A stretch of DNA of 64,000 bases from Octopus sinensis. Its lineage: Eukaryota. The position numbers and the translations under genes were made by a program. Below are positions 28,096 to 40,809 of this stretch, one piece after another (the stretch's first letter is position 1; each line of letters begins with the position of its first letter). The notes below the pieces were generated by a model. The model made no database searches and had not been told where the DNA came from. It was given only the letters and a program-made list of their open reading frames with translations. The stretch lies in assembly GCF_006345805.1 (NCBI RefSeq), contig NC_043001.1:71672001-71736000 (forward strand), read 5' to 3'.

Positions 28096-28479
28096 GAGAT
28101 GTACCTAACAGATGATTCTTAATTACGATAATTATATATCACCCATAGATGGGACAACACAGGACATTGCAAACAAATAGTGCGTTTATGAGTTCTTTTT
28201 AATGTGGTCTTAAAAATAAGTTTTACAAGTTTACCCTTGGCCATTAAGCCCAACGGCTACACCATACTTTTCTACCATGGATGAGATTAAGTAGGGCCAT
28301 TCATACCCAACTTCCTTGCCACTTTTTCCATCTTTTTCCGAATATACTTCGCGACAGGTGTCTCCTCTCCAGCCCTATTTTGCTCTTCAGATGATATCTG
28401 AAGTAATATAGGAAACCAGAGCCGGAGATGAAAATTCCCGTCGCGACTCCTTTCATTCTAGTTTTCCATACACACTCTT

Positions 28480-29375
28480 TCAATATTGTGACTGTGCATA
28501 AAAAAAACATGCCTCACCTTTCTTTGATAGTCCGGGTAGCGGTACAATCTCGATCATGGAATCAGCAGACAGCTGTACGCTTCCTAGATGCGACAGAACG
28601 TGTTCTACATAAATTATCAAGCCCGAAATCTCCGGATACTGTACAAGGGCGTGCAGAACGGTTTTATCATCCTGTCCGCACCTCGGGCATGCCAGTGGCA
28701 CAGAAATCCATACCTAGACAATTTGTCGCGAACAGGTAACGCACTCCTATAGCACTGCCAGGTCAGGGATTTCTGGTAGTTATCCAGAAACAGGTTGGCT
28801 AGCTGGCCCTCACCGAGCCCCAGATCTTCTCTTTCTGACGTCCCCACTTAAACTCTACCAACCAGGTCCGGATTAGGGCCTCCACCCTATCTGCCACCTC
28901 ACTCCAATTCTTCTCTGTCTGAGAACCCGGTCCAAACCAGATTCCAATCAATTTAACAGGACCTTCCATCCAGTGACCCACGACACTAGAAGTTATCGTC
29001 TTGGCACTCAAGGCACCGAGCCGCAAGCCGATGGACTTGTACTTGTTAATTTTTGCCCCTACCACCGCCTCGTATCCTTTGATTGCATCCTCTACACAAG
29101 GTAGCTGAGCTTCATCGGACAAAGTGATAGTGACGTCATCAGCATATGCAGAAACAGACTTACCACATCCCAATTCATTGGGGATGCCCCCCAAACCCTC
29201 CAACCGCCGCAGCAGTACATACAAGAGCCAGTACATACAGAAGCGGAGACAGGGGCACCCCTGACGAACCAAGCGCTCGATCTTAAACGGCACCGACGGG
29301 TATTCGTTTATCTGGACTGTAGATTTGATGCCGCCGTAAATGGCAGTGATCCAACCACGGAAGTCTGGTAAATTC
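28480..29375 (-). mobile_element. Older L1/Tx1 ORF2 (RT) fragment
   Basis: RQGCP, SAYADDVT, GPVKLIGIWFGP, NWSEVADRV and CPRCGQDDKTVLH, diverged from 61126-62985. Confidence 0.85.
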
Positions 29376-29379
29376 CATT

Positions 29380-30330
29380 TCTTCCTCTGTGTTTTGAATT
29401 GTATCTTGTGTTTTTCCTTGTGTTTTTTCTTGTGCTTTTACTTGCGTATTTTCTTGTGTCTTGTCTTTTCAGTTCTTGTTTCTCCCGTCTATAGTGGTTC
29501 TTTTTGGGAATAGGCTTCACACTTTTTTCTTTAGGCTTGCATTCAGAGCGGACGGGACTCTTTTCGCCGCACTTAAAGCAGCGTGGCCTACGCCTCTATA
29601 CTGCAACTCCCACACTCAGCCCCTCCCCTATATATATCCTATCGAGCAGTCCTTCTAGTACTTCAGAGGTGGCTTGAACCACGATCTCGAGGGTTTGCCC
29701 CTTCCAATTTTCGGCCTCTTTCTTCTTTATCTGTAAAATAGACATTTTTCCTCCATATCATAAGTTATAGCAGCTGCTATCCAAATTACGTTGTACCTGC
29801 TTGTATATCTTCTACGGTAATTTTTGCCGTTCTTCTACCCAAATACGTTGGTAGTAAAATTATTTCCTCATTTTTTAATGTTCTTGTTGATAACTCCTTG
29901 GCCGTGTTATCGTTGGCAAACTCTGCTTCCACCGTGGCATTCTTTCAACCACGTCCACGTACACGATTTTCTTCCATATAGGTGCCAGATACCTTTCAAT
30001 TATTTCACGTTTACAAGTTACAATTCTTTTTTCCTTTAGGTTATAGGTTTTGTATACCACTGTTCTCGCAGCTATATTTTGTACAATATCCTGCGGAGGG
30101 AGCAACTTCGTATCATTTCTGTTATTTTTTACGAGATTTTTATAGTTAATTGAGCCATCGTCACCTCTAGCGTTATCATATTACCGCCTACGGCGGCCGA
30201 AAGACTGGGTTTTTCCTTAAACACTTGTTTTACATTATCAGTTTCTTTGCTTGGTATGTTTTCCATTTCTGGGAAACACTCCTTAGGCATTACGTTGAAT
30301 TCCATAATGTAATTTTACAGAAAAATAAAT
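29380..30330 (-). pseudogene. Degenerate L1/Tx1-type ORF1 directly upstream of the ORF2 fragment
   Basis: The minus frames give RTVVYKTYNL, LLPTYLGRRTAKITV and RRPRCFKCGEKSPVRSEC (decayed CCHC). Homologous to the ORF1s at 5072 and 34775. Confidence 0.7.
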
Positions 30331-30774
30331 TCCTTAAAAGGGAATATACAAATTGACAAAAATATTTTTTGGCAAAAGAATTTTGCTAAAATTATTGACA
30401 AAAATAATATTTTTTACTCTGCAAAGGGTAAAAGAATCAAAGAGTTCAAATCACAAAACGTCCAATAGCTGTTGTTTCCAACAATATCAAAAATTTAACA
30501 ATTTTCTGCCCCGCCGGGCGAAAATGGCAGTTCATAGATTAACAGCAGTTCAAATTTCAACAGGTACAACAAACAGTACAATAACATAGAATCATTAGAT
30601 AATAGCAGATAGAACTCACAAACAAGCAACAGACAAAAGGAGATGTACCTACGAGATGCAACTCTAAACGGACTTATAAAGCTACAGCTTTATGTATAAC
30701 TCACTCAACACATTGACTGATTTGCGCTAGTATATCGCCCGATCGAAAGAAAATAGCGAATTATTAACGCTAAG

Positions 30775-31010
30775 CAGTGTTTATGTATGAGCAAAATTAG
30801 GTAAGTTGAAATATGTTTGTCACGTATGTTTGTCACGTATTTCAAGTGCTAAAAGAAAAATACACTGCAGTTACCATGGAGAAAGCATTTCCCTTATGGT
30901 AAAATAGGTGTAAACACCCGGTCTGTTCAGTGTCACCATCTATTTGGAATCTCAGACATTGGTGTTTCCGAAAGCAGCCACTATTTTCGAAAATAGCAAA
31001 GAAGCTTGAA
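30775..31010 (+). repeat. Dispersed repeat copy 2
   Basis: See 27885-28095. This copy ends in the palindrome ctattttcgaaaatag. Confidence 0.7.
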
Positions 31011-31199
31011 ACATTATAAACTTTGACTGCCTGGATTAGCATTTAAATAAGTGCAGAGTTGCAAAATGCAAAGTTGGGCAGAATATATATAAAAATTTAG
31101 AGAATTTTCCAAATTCTGTTTATACCGTTTATACTGTTTACACTACGTCTAAATTTGCAGTTGATTGTACGTTTTAAGACGCTTCTTGCAATTGCTATT

Positions 31200-31400
31200 A
31201 CAATATGAGTTTCAAATTTTAGCACAAGGACAGCACTTTCGGGCGTGGGTGTAAGTCGATTATATCGATCCCAGCGGTCAACGTATTTTGTCAACTCTGA
31301 AACGATGAAATGCAAAGTACAACTTTAGTGGAATTTGAACTCAGAGAGTAACGACGGATGAAATGCCCTTAAACCCTGCATACGAACGATTCTGTCGGCT
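31200..31400 (-). mobile_element. Octopus-type SINE
   Basis: tttcaaattttagcacaagg...ggaatttgaactcaga. Confidence 0.7.
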
Positions 31401-31494
31401 CGCTTCCTTTCCCAAGACTTCTAGGTGGATTACCTAACACCAAAGGAGGGCTCCACATACATATACAGTCTGTAAATATATATATATATATATT

Positions 31495-31859
<365 letters not shown>

Positions 31860-32000
31860 GTAGGTAGGTAGGTAGGTAGGTAGATATAGATATATATATA
31901 CACATATACATATACATGAGTGTGTGTGCGCCCGCGGGTGTGTGTGCGTGCGTGTGTGTGTGCATGCGTGTGTGTGTGCTTGTGCGCGCGTATGTGTATA

Positions 32001-32190
32001 TGAGATGTTGAAAAGTTCCTGTATCACGAAAGGCCTGGTTGGAGGCGTATCTTTCGCAGTTCTTTTATAAGGCTTAGAAAAACTGAAGGACCGCTGCAAT
32101 AAGTGCGTGAATCTGAGAATAAAATCATAATTAACTGATCTTATTGCATTTTCCTTTACCCAAAACCAGGAACTTTTTAGCACCCACTCG
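32001..32190 (+). mobile_element. Mariner deletion derivative (MITE)
   Basis: TIRs ..tgttgaaaagttcctg / ccaggaactttttagcacccactcg. Contains the mariner C-terminal remnant GLEKLKDRCNKCVNLR. Confidence 0.7.
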
Positions 32191-32544
32191 TGTGCGTGTG
32201 TATAATGTAATATACTATATATAATATATGTGTGTGTCTATATAGACAGACAGACTGACAAACAGACAGAGAGATGGATACGTTTGTATTGAACAGTGAG
32301 AATGAGTGCTCAACACCGCATTCGTGGATAAATATATTTTATTTCTGATTTAACAAATATCAAACCTTCCACTTGGAACGTTGGCGTTCCTCTCCATCTT
32401 AGATGAAGAGAAGGAGATTTCTCTCAACATGAAACCAATAGTATCCTCATTCACCTACAAATCAAGATGTATATATACCGTTAATCCCTACACAATATTT
32501 TTCTCTCTCCGTTTTTTCATTCTCTCTCCATTTTTTTCTGCTCA

Positions 32545-32662
32545 TACCTTTCTTTTGAAGAGCGTACGCTCGAAACGTCGAAGACGTTTCCATTCTCCCT
32601 AAGTGTCAAACTAATACACCTGCTTGCTGTTGCCTCACCTGTTTTCGTCTTTTGTTTTCTGT
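32545..32662 (+). mobile_element. Short PLE-terminus-like repeat with degenerate hammerhead
   Basis: tctttTGAAGAGCgtacGCTCGAAACGTCgaaga followed by a tail shared with 44050-44150 (reverse). Confidence 0.5.
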
Positions 32663-32674
32663 AAATTTGAACCG

Positions 32675-32705
<31 letters not shown>

Positions 32706-32912
32706 TGTGTGTGTGTGTGTGTATGTTGAGAAAAACTTCTTACAAAGAAGTATTGATACAGTCACAGTATTTGAGGGAATATTTTCTTCAATTAATAAAT
32801 ATTAATATATATAAAATGTCTTTAAACATTACAATATGACGCGAACCTTTTAGAAAGAAACTGACTTTAAATATCATGTGTGTGTGTGTATAGATATGTA
32901 TATATGTAAACG

Positions 32913-32947
<35 letters not shown>

Positions 32948-33725
32948 ATGTATGTATACATTCAGAGAGATGGATAGACATAGATAATACAACACATATA
33001 AAATATATATAGATACGTATAATATATACATGCATACACACGCATAAATATACACGAATATATTCATACATATATATATACATATATAGACGTGTATATA
33101 TATGTGTGTGTGTGTGTATGCATATATATGTATATATATGTATATGTATATAAAACGTTTATAAATATAGGCATGCCAACATATATACTTACAGACATAT
33201 GTCCACATACCGTGTTAGAAACTATAATAAATATATCATGAAGTGAAATTTATTTAATAAGCCTTTATTTTTGTAAACTTTTTAAATTTCAGATATTTAA
33301 TGCAGTTATCGATTTTGTGAAAATTTGATCATCAGATAATATTTTACAAATTTAATTCTGGGAACGTTTCCCTAGAAAATCAATTGAGGCGTAAATATGA
33401 AATCTATACATAATTGTATAACAGCTATTTCATGTCTTCAGGTTAATACTTATAATCCATGCAAACGGCGAATATACATGAACATGCACACACATACACA
33501 CACTCACACTCACACACATATTTATAAATACATACTCTTGTATAATTATACAGACAATAACAAACATATACATACATAAAACAGTGAGAGAGACAGAGAA
33601 ATAGAGAGAAGGTACTTTTGTACATTCGTACACACACATGACTCCATCTTATATGTTTTATATAACTAAAACCCCTCTAATTTACGTATATGTATTTGTA
33701 TATGTGTATGTGTACACATATATAT

Positions 33726-33762
<37 letters not shown>

Positions 33763-33857
33763 TTGTGTGTGAGTGTGTGTGTGTGTGTGTGCGTGTACAT
33801 ATATATATAATAGAGAGAAGAGACAGAAGACAGACAGACACAGACAGACAGACACAG

Positions 33858-33890
<33 letters not shown>

Positions 33891-33897
33891 GACGGAC

Positions 33898-33929
<32 letters not shown>

Positions 33930-34332
33930 TAATGGTTTGATAGCTGTGTTAAATAGAAATATAACAATATAACATACATGCGGAATATTCTGGTATCTAG
34001 ACATTTTGATTGAAATATTTTTGTAATTCTTCAGAAACATTTTGGAACCGCAAATGTGAACCACAGAAAATTTTGCCATCTATCAGCGCCCCCTCCGTCT
34101 CTATTCCCTTCTTTCTGAAACACGTATTTTCTTTGCGTGCGTTTGTGTGTGTGTGTGCGTGTGTGGATGCGACTATGTATAGGCAGGTTTATATGACTAC
34201 TAGACGTAGGCAAAGAAATTAATCTTTACAATTGATGTTCAAAACAGATCGGTGTTGTTTATGAAATATATTCTGTATTTCACGCAATGTAAAATCAATG
34301 TTGATTTGCAATATTCCCATGATATTGTTCGA

Positions 34333-34462
34333 AGGTTTGTAATGGACGCAGGTTCGTGTGTCAAATAGCTAGTTTGAGGCGGTGGCCTCTTGGAGCTAAT
34401 CAGCGACAGCTTTAGTCTTATATTTATAAGACTGCCATATTAGTATGGCGATAACTATTAAT
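34333..34462 (+). repeat. 130-bp direct repeat, left copy
   Basis: Identical to 36851-36980 apart from one substitution (ctagTttg vs ctagCttg). Confidence 0.95.
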
Positions 34463-34597
34463 TTCCAGTAACGCTGCCGTAATCTCCTTTAGAGAGACTT
34501 AGTAATTTTAATATTTCTATTATTGAAAATAAGTGGATGTATTCCACTGAAACTAGGTAAATAAAGCCTTCGAACTGGGACGATCAGTAGCGACACC

Positions 34598-36735
34598 CGC
34601 TTGTTTTTGTTTTTGGTGACCGATATTTCTGATTGCGTTATTCGTGTATAGCTGTATTTTTTTTGGCATCGGAAAGATTTTGACTACGTTATTGTGGTGT
34701 CGCGGTTCGTGAGATCGAATCCGGTGGTGGAAGTTGTTGCGGCGTGGTGAAGTTTTTTAAATTTTTTCTCGAAAATGGAAAGCCAGACGTATGCGAGTGC
34801 AGCAGGCAAGGGCCTGGTTGCGAACGAATTGCAGTTAGAAGAAGTCATCGTCGAGAAGGAGACGTTGAACAAGTATTTCGACAGCTTGAAGAAGGAGGGT
34901 GACTGTGTGAAGGTCACACCACCCGACGAAGAAACGGAAGAAGCGGAGAAACGGATTATAACGTACAAAACATGGAGTGTGACTTCGAAAAAAATAGAAG
35001 TGGCACCGATAGAGGAAGTTGAATGCTGTCTTAAAGAAATAGAAGGAGAGTCTACCTACTATAACAGAGGTAGAAAGTTCGCAACGGTGGTCGTCTACTT
35101 TAAAAGTGAAGACGAGGCGAAGAAGAACGCAACGAAAATTTAAAAACTGATAGATGGATGTGTTTACCAAGCTACTGCGGGAAAAGGGCAGTCAGAATAA
35201 GAATAAGCAAGATTTCGCCCGAACTAAATATGGAAAGGATATTAGCAGGAGTGGTGTTTAATTGCAAGGAAAACGTGGAAATGTTGAATGTCGAAAAATC
35301 AAAAGATGTAAAGTGGTGGGGTTATGCAGTGCGGGCGTTAGTCCACATTACAATGCCTGACCTGTATAATATCCCGGAGGAGTTGGTGTTCCCCGACGAG
35401 ACACGGCTCAGAGTCGTGGTGGAGGGGAGACCCCCAGTGTGTCACAAATGCAAAATAAGAGGCCACATGAAGGATGTGTGTCCGCTGAGAGAAGTACAGG
35501 AGAAAACGATAGCACTGGAGACTTCAACGAATGAGTTGCAAGATGCGTGTGTGGAGGAGGAAGAAATCGTTACTACAGATAATGCGGAAAGTGGTGAAGA
35601 GTTGGAGAAAGAAAATAGAAAAAGAACGCTGGTGGAATCACCACCTAAAGAACAAAAAAAGAAGAAGAAAAAAGCGAAAAATACGATTACTGACGAGAAG
35701 GAAAACCGAACGGGAGAAGAGGATACAAAAGCAAAAGTGAGTGAACCGCTAAAAGCAGTTGAAGAATGGGACAGAAAATTGAAACAGCAGTTGAAAGATA
35801 GTAAGAGAGGAGGAGGACTCAAGGGAAAGAAACACAGAGTGGCAATGTTATACGACAAGGACTTAAATTTGGAAAAGATGTTGCCAGGTAGGAAAGACTT
35901 AATTAGAGTAAAGTTGACCCCAGGAATATTTGATAAATATTGGAAGGCGGTAATAGTGGAGAAAGAGACAGTACGCAAATTGAAGGAATATAGCGCATTT
36001 GAATGGTTATATTTACGTTATGACACCTTACCAGTTGATGTGGATCAGGAAGGCTTACAATGCCTGACCTGTATAACATCCCGGAGGAGTTGGTGTTGGT
36101 GAAGGAAAACCGAACGGGCTAAGAGGATATAAAAGCGGAAGTGAGTGAACCGGTAAAACTAACAGCAGAGGAAGAATGGGACAGAAGAAGGGCAGAGCAG
36201 ATGAAAATTTGTAAGAGAGGAGGATGACCCAAAGGAAAGAAACACAGAGTGGTAATGTTATACGACAAGGACAAAAATACGGAAAAGATGTTGGCAGGTA
36301 AGAAAGGCTTAATTAGAGTAAAGTTGAACCCAGAAATATATAGTGACCTGTGGAAGGCGGTAATCGTGGAGAAAGAGACAGTGAAGAAAATGATGTATGA
36401 TTATAGTGTATGTGAATGGTTATATGTACGTTATGACACCTTACCAGCTATTGTGGATCAGGAGAGCTTAATAGAGTATATAACAGATGAAGATCCAGGC
36501 ATTACAGAGGAGCGCCCGACGTAGCAGAGTAATATATGTAATTATAAAATTGTAAATTGTAAAATTGTATTTTAAATGAAACTGCGAGTTTTGGGGGACT
36601 CGTAAGCCGTTCCATCTAATCCATTATAAATATCCATTTCAATTCATAATTTTCGATTTTTTTACTTTATGTACCCCACGTCCTGTCTTGTAACGTCCCC
36701 TCTTAATTCGGGCCTTAGTGCCTATAATAAAGATT
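34598..36735 (+). mobile_element. ORF1-only L1/Tx1-derived element (half-L1-like) with 14-bp TSD
   Basis: Flanked by TCAGTAGCGACACC (34584-34597 / 36736-36749) and ends AATAAAGATT. It encodes only an ORF1-like protein with CX2CX4HX4C; no RT or endonuclease motifs are present. Confidence 0.75.
34775..36102 (+). CDS. Retrotransposon ORF1-like protein with CCHC zinc knuckle, split by one frameshift near 35140
   Basis: ORFs 34775-35143 and 35158-36102 join if one T is added (NATKILKTDRWMCLPSYCGKR). Contains CHKCKIRGHMKDVC and a Lys-rich KKKKKK tract. Confidence 0.75.
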
Positions 36736-36764
36736 TCAGTAGCGACACCTGCAACTCCGACTAC

Positions 36765-36807
36765 GCTGCATTGATAAGGGGCAACAACCCTGAAACATGT
36801 CTGTAGC
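36765..36807 (+). ncRNA. Minimal type I hammerhead ribozyme, U3-A8 covariant
   Basis: GCUGCA-UUGAUAA-GGGG-CAACAA-CCCU-GAAAC-AU-GUC-UGUAGC. Stem I is 6 bp (one G-U), stem II is 4 bp, stem III is palindromic (ACAUGU), and the GUC cleavage triplet ends at 36801. Confidence 0.75.
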
Positions 36808-36850
36808 TGTCTGACTGGCAGGATGAAGCGGCTGACCTCCCTTGTAATGG

Positions 36851-36980
36851 AGGTTTGTAATGGACGCAGGTTCGTGTGTCAAATAGCTAGCTTGAGGCGG
36901 TGGCCTCTTGGAGCTAATCAGCGACAGCTTTAGTCTTATATTTATAAGACTGCCATATTAGTATGGCGATAACTATTAAT
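36851..36980 (+). repeat. 130-bp direct repeat, right copy
   Basis: See 34333-34462. Followed by (TA)n. Confidence 0.95.
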
Positions 36981-37127
36981 ATATATATATATTATTCTTT
37001 ACGTAGACAAATATCAATATATTTACTAATATGTAAGCATCTGTTCATGTGTGTGTATGTATGTGCGTGTGTTGGTGAGCAAGCGTATTGTGATTATAGG
37101 TGTCTATACATACACGTAATATATATA

Positions 37128-37163
<36 letters not shown>

Positions 37164-37404
37164 TGTATGTATGTATGTATGTATGTATATAAAGACATAT
37201 TATATAGATATATATGTGTGCGTGTATATATACACAAATATATATATATATGTATATATTATATACAAATATATTTTTTTATATTATACAGATACACATA
37301 TGTACAAATATACATTCATACATATATATATATATATATATGTATCTTGTATTATCAGTATATTTGTCAGCATGAATTTATATGAATGCGTATAGGCATA
37401 ATTT

Positions 37405-37532
<128 letters not shown>

Positions 37533-37915
37533 TACACTTAGTTTTATTATTATCATCAATCTATGTAGGAAAGATATAACTAAATAATTAGTCAATTTCA
37601 TATTTAATTACAGAGAGAGACAGGGTTTGAAATATCAGAGACACCATGGCTTAGAGAGGAATAGATAAGGTGAGAGGAAGAGCGCAACACGTTCGGCGTG
37701 TAGGCAAGTTATATGAATGATACCTTGGGAGATGAAACGAAATCTAGACTGATAGAGAACCATAAATATCATATTCTAATAGACTTCATTCAATGGTTGT
37801 GTGTTTCGGAGTGTGTTTTTTTTAAATTCCATTTTCACCTGCTTTATAATGTGGTTTGGTTCCATACGACATCGTTTTAATGGCTTTTGTTTGTGTTGTG
37901 TGTGTGTTTTGTGTT

Positions 37916-37952
<37 letters not shown>

Positions 37953-38097
37953 ATTATATCTTAATCCCTTGATCATTGAATATCAGATTAATGGTATTTT
38001 TTTTTGATTTTCTGTAAAGTCAGTTCGTGTTTTACATCTACATATATATATTGCGCATGTTTGTATGTATGTGCGTATACATGCATGTTTATGCACG

Positions 38098-38202
<105 letters not shown>

Positions 38203-38344
38203 TATTATGTATGTATTTATGTATGCATGTATGTATAAGCATTTATATAATGCAATATCTAGAATGGTGTATAACGCATTCTAATTCTCTCATTCTGATA
38301 AAAGAACTGACACACCCAAGACAGGCATCAAAACACACACACGC

Positions 38345-38414
<70 letters not shown>

Positions 38415-38542
38415 ATATACGTACATATTATATATGAGTATGCGTAATGTATGCGTATATATGATTGATATCATCTTATATTGTAAATCTTGGTGTTAAC
38501 AAAAGAAAATAAACTCTATATCTATCTATATATATATTAATA

Positions 38543-38586
<44 letters not shown>

Positions 38587-38693
38587 ATATATATAAATTC
38601 CCTATTTTCTATTGTTAATATAGATAATTGGTTTTCTCCTCGAAATTCGTGTATATAAACATTCATAAGCACATTGAAATTAGTATATATGTT

Positions 38694-38727
<34 letters not shown>

Positions 38728-39364
38728 ATATATATTATATATATATATTATATTAATATACGGCCACATTCAAATGACTGAAGCAGATAAATGTAAACGT
38801 AATATACACACGCGCGCACGGCTGATTATGTTAGTAAGCTAGATGTTCAGATTTCAGATAAACGGATACACAGAGAGTCATAGCAAATGGAAATATTGAC
38901 AAACGACGATAGACAGTATTTATTTCAAGAACTCAATGTCATTTTACGTAAGTGAATTCTTGTAACTTCTGCGTGTTTTTAATTCAACAATATGGCGCCG
39001 ATAATTTCAAAGAGACCTTTGAAAGGTACTAATTACTTGGATATTTCGCTTTTTCATCCAATTCTGGTGAGTCATATAAGAGGTTAGTTTATACGTCAAT
39101 ATTTCCCTTATTTGTTGCTACGTGCGTGTGCGCGTTTCTTTGGTATATATTTCATAGATGAATGGGATAAATGTTTATCATCAATGTGATATCTAGCTAA
39201 CATATTTTTCAGTCATAGCACTGCTGCATACATAGATTCGTTCATCTATTTTTTCCTCGCATCGTTCATAACAACCTGCCTCTCTACCTACTTGCCTGTC
39301 TAGTCGTACATCTATCGGCTTGTTTGTTTAGTGACTTATATCCATCTGACTCTCTACTTACCTG

Positions 39365-39725
39365 AAGGTGTGTGACTTGGTGAATATGATGTTCGGCTCA
39401 TGATCATGAAGGGTGGAGTTCAATTCCTGAATCCGGTAGCGTGTTGTGTCTTTGGGCAAGGCATTTCATTTCATGTTGCTACACTGTATAAATGAATATC
39501 AGTCTGGTGCTGGTACAGTTGGGGGGAGAAAAGCCTGAAATAGCTGCACCAGCAGTCATGGTCGTAAGATGAAACGAAAATGAATACTTATTTTCAGCTG
39601 AGTTGACTGAAGAATTGAGAACATAAAGTGCCTTGCTCAGAAGCTCGACATGCCGCGCGATCCTGAATTGAACTCACAATCTCATGATCATATACCCGAT
39701 GCCCTTACCACTAGGCCACATGCTT
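39365..39725. mobile_element. Two degenerate tRNA-derived SINEs in inverted orientation (CORE-like central motif)
   Basis: + copy (about 39365-39510) contains gtgtctttgggcaaggcattt. The - copy (about 39590-39725) contains aaagtgccttgctcagaag. Confidence 0.55.
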
Positions 39726-40705
39726 TCATGTGGAAATAGATTAGGTAATGGAAAATCTCAGCAGATTCTGAAATCTAATGTGTTGATGAAGGTCCAAGGA
39801 AATGTTTCTCGTTTTATAAGGCAAAAGGGAAAATATAATAATGGTTTCCAGAGCTGACTCCTGTTACGGATAATCACCATTACTTTTTGTGGATTCTTCA
39901 AATATTTGTCCTGAAAGTTTGATCAAGAACTGCTTCTTCATGGTTCTTTCTGCGTAATTTGAAAAGAAAAGGAACTGAGAAACGATCACTTTGCAAAGAA
40001 TAAATTTGTTTAATTGGCAACGATTTATTAAAGATAATAATCTGCCTCCTATTGTATTTCTTTTGTGTTGCTTTCTTGTGTTAATGTATAATCAAAGACG
40101 TATCAGAGAGCTCCGAGGGATGATTCTACAGATTTCACAACGTCACTACAGAGATTTCCAATTGCCTTCCACATGAAAGCATGTAACCAAGGCTGGTGTA
40201 TTCAACTCATGATCGCAAAGTAATGGGTTCAATTTCTGGAGTGAGCGGGGCGCTGTGTCCTTGATTTTACGTTCATTACACTTGCACAGGTGTTTCGCCA
40301 ACCCAACCCCCACCCCATCCACCAATAGCATCTTAAATGTTCCACTGTGTCACGTGTGAAGGAGCGTAGGTGCCAATGTATCTTCATGACTACATATTTA
40401 AATGAAGCAATTAGTTCAAGCATTGGTACACGCAATAACATCATACTTGCCTCTGTGTGTACACAGGCTGTACAGCACTATATAGTGCAGCACCGTTTAG
40501 TCCTGTGCTGGGCTGTACTCTACTGTACTCCATCTCCAACAAATGACTAGAAACAGTTGGTAATTATACACACAGTATTTGTACAATGAGAATTTCCAGA
40601 CTTTGATATTTAAAGCTAAATGTAGAGAATCATAGAGAATCAAATAATCTCAAATATTTCTTGTTGTTGTTGTTATTGTTGCTGTCAGCTGTTCAAGATA
40701 TTCTT

Positions 40706-40772
<67 letters not shown>

Positions 40773-40809
40773 GCAACAAAAACAACAACACAAAATAATT
40801 CTTTCTAAT

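Noticed and set aside
34338-34600. Reading the 130-bp repeats as LTRs (TGTAATGG start, CA-GTAGCGAC as PBS)
   Set aside because: The putative PBS is TAG, not TGG. There is no polypurine tract, shared identity extends upstream of the TG, and no gag-pol is present. The 14-bp duplication is better explained as a TSD.
34690-34730. B-box-like gagatcgaatcc in the 5' UTR of the ORF1-only element
   Set aside because: No convincing A box or cloverleaf; too weak to call.
39991-40176. 61-aa ORF with a hydrophobic stretch
   Set aside because: Non-ATG start, no recognisable motif, and it runs into a SINE head.
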